Positions 43,173 through 50,258 of a stretch of 50,258 bases of DNA are shown piece after piece. Source of the stretch: Gemmatimonadota bacterium. GTDB taxonomy: Bacteria > JAAXHH01. The notes under the pieces are model-generated. The model saw only the letters and a list, made by a program, of their open reading frames with translations. It was not told where the DNA came from and made no database searches. The stretch covers positions 1 to 50,258 of the forward strand of contig JAPOOT010000370.1 in assembly GCA_026713285.1 (NCBI GenBank). Reading direction: 5' to 3'. Each line of letters begins with the position of its first letter. The stretch's first letter is position 1. The translations under genes and the position numbers were made by a program.

Positions 43173-44033
43173 TCACGACGGCGACTGCGCCCGGCCTTCC
43201 GGGCTATCCTTCGCCCGACCTTCCATATTCTCCTTCACCCGGCCTTCCGGGCTATCCTTCGCCCGGCCTCCCGTACGCTCCTTCACCCGGGATCCGTGCT
43301 GCCAGACCTTGACCAGTCTCAGGAACGAATAGATCCCCATACACAGGCTGAACAGCAGGCCGGGGAACCCGTCCCGGTACCCCTTTTTAACGATGTAGCA
43401 CTTCCAGGCCATCCCGACAGGTGAAAGCACCAGGCGCAGTCGTCCCACACGCTGCCCCGCCAGGATACGCTCTTCCGCGTCCACCGTGGTGTACAGGTTG
43501 ATCCGTGCAATGAAATCGGATAGCGAGTTGTGCGAATCATGGTAGAGATCCTCGTGGATCAGGCCCAGTTCGCCGTGGCCGTCTACCTCGATATGGGCGT
43601 GCGCGCCGCCCGTCCAGTACCCTTTCCCTTTTCTCAGCAGCCGGGGCTGGTAACTCGGATTGAGGGTCCCGTGTCGGATCGGAAAACGAAGGAAGTGTTC
43701 CAGGCGATGGATCTTGTAGGCGTCGCAGTCCCCGCCGTCCCGCAGCAATGCGCGGATACGCTTCTCGAGCCCGCCGGTGACGTATTCATCCGCGTCGAGA
43801 AAGAGTATCCATTCCCCGCGGGCCTGCTCCATGCCGAAGTTCCGCTGGTCGGCGAAGCCGGACCAGGCCCGACGGAACACGCGGGAGGCGTAGGATTCCG
43901 CGATTTCCACCGTGGCGTCGGTGCTGTAACTGTCGACTACGACGATGTCGTCGGCCCAGGAGACGGGATCCAGGCAGCGGCGGAGTTTCCGTTCCTCATT
44001 GCGGGTGATTACCACGACGGACAGCGTTTGCAT
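43173..44033 (-). CDS. Glycosyltransferase family 2 (small LPS-core WaaE/KdtX-like type) with a repetitive charged C-terminal tail
   Basis: LSVVVITRNEERKLRRCL, IVVVDSYSTDATVEIA, ILFLDADE. The C-terminus reads KERTGGRAKDSPEGRVKENMEGRAKDSPEGRAQSPS. Confidence 0.85.
   Translation of the reverse strand: MQTLSVVVITRNEERKLRRCLDPVSWADDIVVVDSYSTDATVEIAESYASRVFRRAWSGFADQRNFGMEQARGEWILFLDADEYVTGGLEKRIRALLRDGGDCDAYKIHRLEHFLRFPIRHGTLNPSYQPRLLRKGKGYWTGGAHAHIEVDGHGELGLIHEDLYHDSHNSLSDFIARINLYTTVDAEERILAGQRVGRLRLVLSPVGMAWKCYIVKKGYRDGFPGLLFSLCMGIYSFLRLVKVWQHGSRVKERTGGRAKDSPEGRVKENMEGRAKDSPEGRAQSPS
43191..43286. repeat. Two tandem copies of a 48-bp unit at the 3' end of the GT2 gene
   Basis: 43191-43238 is ccggccttccgggctatccttcgcccgaccttccatattctccttcac. 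43239-43286 is ccggccttccgggctatccttcgcccggcctcccgtacgctccttcac. The first 27 nt are identical, and a third unit begins with ccgg at 43287. Confidence 0.9.
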
Positions 44034-44060
44034 GGGAGTCGCCGGTGGAGGTGTGCGGTT

Positions 44061-44849
44061 TCAGGAGGACTGGCCGCCCGCCGCGCCCGATTCGAAGTCG
44101 GCGGAGCGGCGGGCGTGCAGGTGCCATAACTTGGCGTACTTGGCGAAAACGTAACAGGCGGAAAGGCCGCACAGGATGAAGCCGGGCAGGCCATCCAGGA
44201 AACCCCGCTTCAGCACGTACATTTTCACAAGGGTAAAAATCGGACGGAACACCAGATCTGTCAAACGGAAACGCCGGCCCGACAGGTATAGCTGGCGGGC
44301 GCCGAGACTGGTAAAACTGTTGAACTTTCGGAGGTAGTGGTGGAGGGTGGGATCGGTATCGTGGATCATCGGGTGTTTCAGATCGCCGGTCGTGCCCTGG
44401 ATGCGCAGCGACTCGTGGACCTCGTCGTCGGTAAACCGGGGTGCGGCCGAACGCCGGAACAGGCGGAGTACGTAGTCGGGATACCAGCCGCAGTGGCGAA
44501 TCCATCGTCCCAGGAAAAACGTCTTCCGAGCGATGCGGTATCCGGCATGCTCGCCCGCATCCACTGTGGCGAGGATCTCATCCCGCAGGTCCGGCGGGAC
44601 GCGTTCGTCCGCGTCCAGCCAGAGTACCCAGTCCCCGCTGGCATGCTCCAGGGCCAGTTGCTTGGTCGCGCCGTAGCCACGCCACTCCGTTTCGATGACC
44701 TGGTCGGCGTACTTCCGGGCGATGACGACGGTGTCGTCCGTGCTCCCGGAGTCCACGAGCACGATCTCGTCGGCGAAGCGCGCGCTCTGCAGGCAGGTTT
44801 CGATCCGGAGGGCTTCGTTCCGGGCTATGATTATGACGGAAATGGACAT
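44061..44849 (-). CDS. Glycosyltransferase family 2 (small LPS-core WaaE/KdtX-like type), paralogue of 43173..44033
   Basis: ISVIIIARNEALRIETCL, IVLVDSGSTDDTVVIA, VLWLDADE. It is colinear with the neighbouring GT2 along its whole catalytic part. Confidence 0.85.
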   Translation of the reverse strand: MSISVIIIARNEALRIETCLQSARFADEIVLVDSGSTDDTVVIARKYADQVIETEWRGYGATKQLALEHASGDWVLWLDADERVPPDLRDEILATVDAGEHAGYRIARKTFFLGRWIRHCGWYPDYVLRLFRRSAAPRFTDDEVHESLRIQGTTGDLKHPMIHDTDPTLHHYLRKFNSFTSLGARQLYLSGRRFRLTDLVFRPIFTLVKMYVLKRGFLDGLPGFILCGLSACYVFAKYAKLWHLHARRSADFESGAAGGQSS

Positions 44850-44867
44850 GGCGCCGGCTCCCGTCGA

Positions 44868-46721
<1,854 letters not shown>

Positions 46722-46730
46722 AGGCCGATT

Positions 46731-47042
46731 CTAACCTTCCTGTTCCGTACTTTCGAGTTCGCGACGGTGCCGTTTATCCAGGCGGTTCATGTAAAGGCAG
46801 TAGGCCAGGATGAGCAGCACGAACACGATGATGCTGCCCTGGTGGGCGAACCAGAAACCCAGGGGAAAGCCGGTGCCGGATATCCGGTAAGCGTTGAGCG
46901 CGTCCGCGAACAGGATGCCGGCGCCCAGTCCGGCCAGGGCCCACAGCCCGAGCAGCACGGCCATGAACCGAATGTTGGCACGCCAGTACCGGCGCAGGGC
47001 CCGTGCGGCCTTGTTTCCGGCTGTATCTGTCGATGCGGCCAT
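46731..47042 (-). CDS. DUF4212-type putative solute:sodium symporter small subunit
   Basis: RYWRANIRFMAVLLGLWALAGLG...GFPLGFWFAHQGSIIVFVLLILAYCLYMNRLDKRH, with two TM segments. I prefer ATG 47040-47042 (GGAGG 6 nt upstream) over the TTG at 47084, which would overlap the upstream gene. Confidence 0.8.
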   Translation of the reverse strand: MAASTDTAGNKAARALRRYWRANIRFMAVLLGLWALAGLGAGILFADALNAYRISGTGFPLGFWFAHQGSIIVFVLLILAYCLYMNRLDKRHRRELESTEQEG

Positions 47043-47070
47043 GTCGGTCCTCCGGTTCATCCCGTTCCGT

Positions 47071-47571
47071 TCAAGCTTTGACAACGCTCAGGTTCGCCTC
47101 TACGTACATGCCCGGGAAGATGAACGCGAAGTATTTCTCCCAACGCCGGGGAAACCAGTTGGCGACCAGGCTGATGCCCAGCACCCGGTAGATATCGCTG
47201 AAAATCAGCCTGCAGCCGTCCATTCGGAACCGCCCGTCCCGGCACATCTGGGTGATCGTCACGTAGCCGAAATGATGATAGTGGGTCAGGTCGCCATAGG
47301 ACAACTGGGAAGAGTAATGGGGCGTGACGATACGGATTGAAGCCCCGGACCGCGCGATGCGGAAAACCTCGTCCATGGCCCTGGCCGGCTGGCGAATATG
47401 TTCCAGAATGTGGGACATCTCGATATGATCGAACTGGCTGTCGCCGAAGGGATAGGGATACTCGTCCAGATCATGCACGACGTCCACGTGCGCCGCTTCG
47501 TTGATATCCAGGCCGACGGCGCCTTCCAGTTTCCCGAAGGGACCGCAGCCCATATCGAGTTTGGTCGCCAT
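47071..47571 (-). CDS. Small class I SAM-dependent methyltransferase
   Basis: SAM motif I LDMGCGP and SQFDHIEMSHILEHI (Methyltransf_11-like). 166 aa. Confidence 0.8.
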   Translation of the reverse strand: MATKLDMGCGPFGKLEGAVGLDINEAAHVDVVHDLDEYPYPFGDSQFDHIEMSHILEHIRQPARAMDEVFRIARSGASIRIVTPHYSSQLSYGDLTHYHHFGYVTITQMCRDGRFRMDGCRLIFSDIYRVLGISLVANWFPRRWEKYFAFIFPGMYVEANLSVVKA

Positions 47572-47618
47572 ATTTAACAGTTTCCATGCCTGTTGCGGCC
47601 TGCGCGCGAGCGGGCAAC

Positions 47619-47647
47619 ATGGTACCGGAAGCCCGGGTGCCTGTCAA
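47619..47647 (-). promoter_or_regulatory. Candidate sigma70-type promoter upstream of the methyltransferase/symporter genes (TTGACA-N17-TACCAT)
   Basis: Minus strand reads TTGACA ggcacccgggcttccgg TACCAT in the 103-bp gap between the GT9 gene and the methyltransferase. The leader holds an inverted repeat TGTTGC-N17-GCAACA. Confidence 0.35.
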
Positions 47648-47674
47648 GGTAATTAGCCCGTAATCGATTCGCTC

Positions 47675-48820
47675 TCAGACGCGGATTATTTCGCCTGTTC
47701 CGGCCCCGGGGGGACCATCGAGCATGGCGGCGATTTCGCGGTAAACCCGCTCCGGCGGGATCTCATCGATCCGCCCGCTGACGGCGTAGAAGGCGCGGTG
47801 CCCGGCGCCGGGTGGTTTCCAACAGGCCGGATCACTCGTGGCGTGGAAGGAAAGGGTTGGCGTTCCTACAGCGGCGGCCAGGTGAAGTACCCCGGTATCG
47901 TTGCACACGAGCAGATCCGTGGCGTGGAGCACTCCGGCTACCCTCCGCAACGACATGGGCGGCACACTGCGCAGGGGCGTGGATGCCGCGTCGCACAGGG
48001 CGCGCAGCAGTGCTTCGTCCCCCGGTGCGGATATGACCAGGATCCGGGCGGAGAGTCGGGTGGCCAACTCGTCGCATACACGGGCCAGTTGCCCGACCGG
48101 ATACCTCTTCCTCACGTCCCCGGTTCCGAAGTGGACGGCGACCACGGGGCCGCCGGGCGCGGTCGGACCTCCTGCCAGACCTTCGACTACTTCACGTCCT
48201 CCGGCCCGCTCATCCTCGGACATGGCATAACCGTAGGAAAGGTCTTCCGTATCCGCGCCGGCGTATCGGACCACGTCCAGGTTCCGCTGGATCTGGTGCC
48301 TGGGTTCGGGATCGACGGGTACGCTTACCGTGTAGAACGGATTATGATCGAGGTGATCGAAGGTGGGTGTCGCGGGTCCCATGACCACGGGGGCGCCCGA
48401 AAGCCAGGCGATCAGGTCGCTGGAGAGGGAATGGGATACCGTGTTGAACACGACGGCGAGGTCGATGGACCCGCGCATCAGGTCGACGAAAGAACGGATG
48501 TCTCCGGGTCGCCAGCGAAAACCGGATTCGTGGAAAACCAGGACCTGGTCCACGTCCGGATTGCCCTGGGCCACGGGATACAGGTAGGCGCGGACGACCA
48601 GGGTCAGGCGCGCATCGGGAAACCGCGCACGCAGCGCGCGGATCGCGGGGGTGGTCAGCAGGAAATCGCCGAACTGGTCATGCTGCCGGATGATCATGAT
48701 CCGGTTGATGCCGTCCGGGTCGACCGTGCCGGGCGGCGCGCGGCGCTGTCCGAGGGGATGGCTTGCCAGCCATTTAAGCACGCGGGTCTTGAACCGCTTC
48801 TCGATAGGATACCACATCAT
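47675..48820 (-). CDS. Glycosyltransferase family 9 (heptosyltransferase-like)
   Basis: IMIIRQHDQFGDFLLTTPAIRALRARFPDA, LVCNDTGVLHLAAAVGTP. Confidence 0.82.
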   Translation of the reverse strand: MMWYPIEKRFKTRVLKWLASHPLGQRRAPPGTVDPDGINRIMIIRQHDQFGDFLLTTPAIRALRARFPDARLTLVVRAYLYPVAQGNPDVDQVLVFHESGFRWRPGDIRSFVDLMRGSIDLAVVFNTVSHSLSSDLIAWLSGAPVVMGPATPTFDHLDHNPFYTVSVPVDPEPRHQIQRNLDVVRYAGADTEDLSYGYAMSEDERAGGREVVEGLAGGPTAPGGPVVAVHFGTGDVRKRYPVGQLARVCDELATRLSARILVISAPGDEALLRALCDAASTPLRSVPPMSLRRVAGVLHATDLLVCNDTGVLHLAAAVGTPTLSFHATSDPACWKPPGAGHRAFYAVSGRIDEIPPERVYREIAAMLDGPPGAGTGEIIRV

Positions 48821-48830
48821 CCACCGCCCG

Positions 48831-50258
48831 TTATTCCGCGACGGGTTCCTGGTCCCGGAACTGCAGGTTGTAGAGCTTCCGGTACAGGCCGTCTTCCCGG
48901 ATCAGCGATCCGTGATCGCCGGTCTGCACGATACGGCCACGGTCGACCACGACCACCCGGTCCGCCTTCTGCACGGTCGACAGGCGATGGGCGATGACCA
49001 GGGCCGTCCTCCCCGCCATCAGCCGGTCGATGGCCTCCTGGACCAGCAGTTCGGACTCGGTATCCAGGCTGGAGGTGGCCTCGTCGAATATGAGGATCTG
49101 GGGATCCTTCAGGATGGCCCTTGCGATCGCGATGCGTTGACGCTGGCCCCCGGAGAGACGCACGCCGCGTTCCCCGAGATATGTTTCGTATCCATCGGGC
49201 AACTGGTCGATGAAGGCATCCGCGTTGGCGGCGGCCGCGGCGGATCGAATCCGGTCCACGGGCATGTCCTGCACGCCGTACGCGATATTGTTGCGGACCG
49301 TGTCGTTGAACAGGATCACGTCCTGTGTCACGATGCCCATCTTGTCCCGGAGGGACGCCACGGTGACCGAACGCAGGTCTTTCCCATCAATCTCGATACG
49401 CCCGCAGGTCGGGTCGTAAAACCGTGCGACGAGGTCAACCAGGGTGGACTTGCCTCCACCACTCGGTCCCACGAGGGCCACGGTCTCTCCCGATCGGACC
49501 ACGAGATCGATATCCTCCAGGGCGGGTTCGGCGGACCTGTCGTACCGGAAGGCAACACGGTGGAACCTGATTTCCCGCCGCAGGTCGGGAAGCCGCTCCG
49601 CATCGGGCGCGTCCGTGATTTCGGGCGCCGTGTCCAGGATCGAAAACACGCGGTCGGCGGCCGCGATTCCCTCCTGGATCCGGTTGTGCACCTGTCCGAG
49701 TTCCTTGACCGGTTTCATCATGGAAAAGAGGGCGAGAAAGAAAGTCAGGAAATCTTCAGGAGCAAGCAGGCCGCCTTCGAGGACCTGCCGGCCGCCGTAC
49801 CAGAGGATCGCCAGGCCGACGAAGCTGCCCAGGATCTCCGTGATGGGGCTGGCCAGGTTGTGCATGTGGGTCAGTCGAAGCAGCGTGGCGAAGTAATGCT
49901 GGGTCTGCCGCTTGAACTTGCCGATCTCGAAGGATTCCATGTTGAAGGCCTTGACCACCCGTACGCCGGCCACGGTCTCCTGGAGCGTCGAGGTCAGATC
50001 GGCCATGGCTTCCTGCGAGGTGGTGCTGCTCCGGCGCAGCCGCCTGCCCACCGTGGTGATGACGAGGACGCTGAAGGGAAGAAGCACCAGGGAGACCAGC
50101 GTCAATTGCCAGCTCAGGATCAAGAGGATCGCGAGGTAGACCACCACCAGCATAGGTTCCTTGATCAACGTCCCGAAGGCGGCGGAAACCGTCCCGTTGA
50201 TCTTCATGACGTCGTAGGACACGCGGGAGATGAGCTCCCCCGTGCGTTCACGGTGGAA
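48831..50258 (-). CDS. msbA: ABC transporter permease/ATPase, MsbA-like lipid A exporter; N-terminus lies beyond the right window edge
   Basis: The frame stays open to 50258 (FHRERTGELISRVSYDVMKING...). Has a type I exporter TMD, Walker A GPSGGGKST, signature LSGGQRQRIAIARA and Walker B ILIFDEATS. Adjacent to LPS core genes. Confidence 0.85.
   Translation of the reverse strand, partial: FHRERTGELISRVSYDVMKINGTVSAAFGTLIKEPMLVVVYLAILLILSWQLTLVSLVLLPFSVLVITTVGRRLRRSSTTSQEAMADLTSTLQETVAGVRVVKAFNMESFEIGKFKRQTQHYFATLLRLTHMHNLASPITEILGSFVGLAILWYGGRQVLEGGLLAPEDFLTFFLALFSMMKPVKELGQVHNRIQEGIAAADRVFSILDTAPEITDAPDAERLPDLRREIRFHRVAFRYDRSAEPALEDIDLVVRSGETVALVGPSGGGKSTLVDLVARFYDPTCGRIEIDGKDLRSVTVASLRDKMGIVTQDVILFNDTVRNNIAYGVQDMPVDRIRSAAAAANADAFIDQLPDGYETYLGERGVRLSGGQRQRIAIARAILKDPQILIFDEATSSLDTESELLVQEAIDRLMAGRTALVIAHRLSTVQKADRVVVVDRGRIVQTGDHGSLIREDGLYRKLYNLQFRDQEPVAE

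Overview
This is a GC-rich (by eye about 60-65%, not computed) bacterial chromosomal segment that is almost entirely coding. I call 45 protein-coding genes (2 truncated by the window edges), 1 tRNA, 6 sigma70-like promoters, 1 operator-like repeat set and 2 intragenic tandem repeats. 44 of the 45 CDS are on the minus strand; only ppiD is on the plus strand.

Content in minus-strand transcription order (right to left):
- msbA plus an LPS inner-core locus: 3 GT9 heptosyltransferase-like genes, 3 GT2 genes and a small SAM methyltransferase, with a two-gene DUF4212/SSS sodium:solute symporter embedded.
- rng-rplU-rpmA-phosphohexomutase.
- ppiD (+).
- rpmE-prfA-prmC-proC.
- A dcw cluster: mraZ-rsmH-ftsL-ftsI-murE-murF-ftsW-murC-murB-ftsQ-ftsA-ftsZ.
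- valS plus a PHP phosphoesterase.
- mreB-mreC-mreD-mrdA-rodA.
- lgt, comF, a PPi-type pfk, tpiA, secG and tRNA-Leu(GAG).
- A family-5 ABC substrate-binding protein and a class V aminotransferase.

The host is evidently a diderm (Lgt, PpiD, MsbA, heptosyltransferases). I cannot assign a taxon from sequence alone.

I see no rRNA, CRISPR array, transposase/integrase, prophage, toxin-antitoxin or recognisable defence genes. I did not find a convincing candidate for a wholly new system; this is core envelope, division and translation housekeeping.

The points most worth a second look are:
- The dcw cluster lacks mraY, murD, murG and ddl, although its junctions are tightly coupled.
- A candidate MraZ operator (3 x AGTGGG at 10-bp phasing) abuts a consensus promoter.
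- An unexplained low-GC spacer lies upstream of that promoter.
- A symporter/methyltransferase module with its own promoter sits inside the LPS locus.
- FtsI carries a C-terminal PASTA domain.
- murE and one GT2 gene contain in-frame tandem repeats.
- The Pfk has PPi-type specificity residues.

All family assignments come from motif recognition by eye; no searches were run. The supplied ORF track uses GTG/TTG as M and omits the edge-truncated minus-strand ORFs, so I retranslated those myself.
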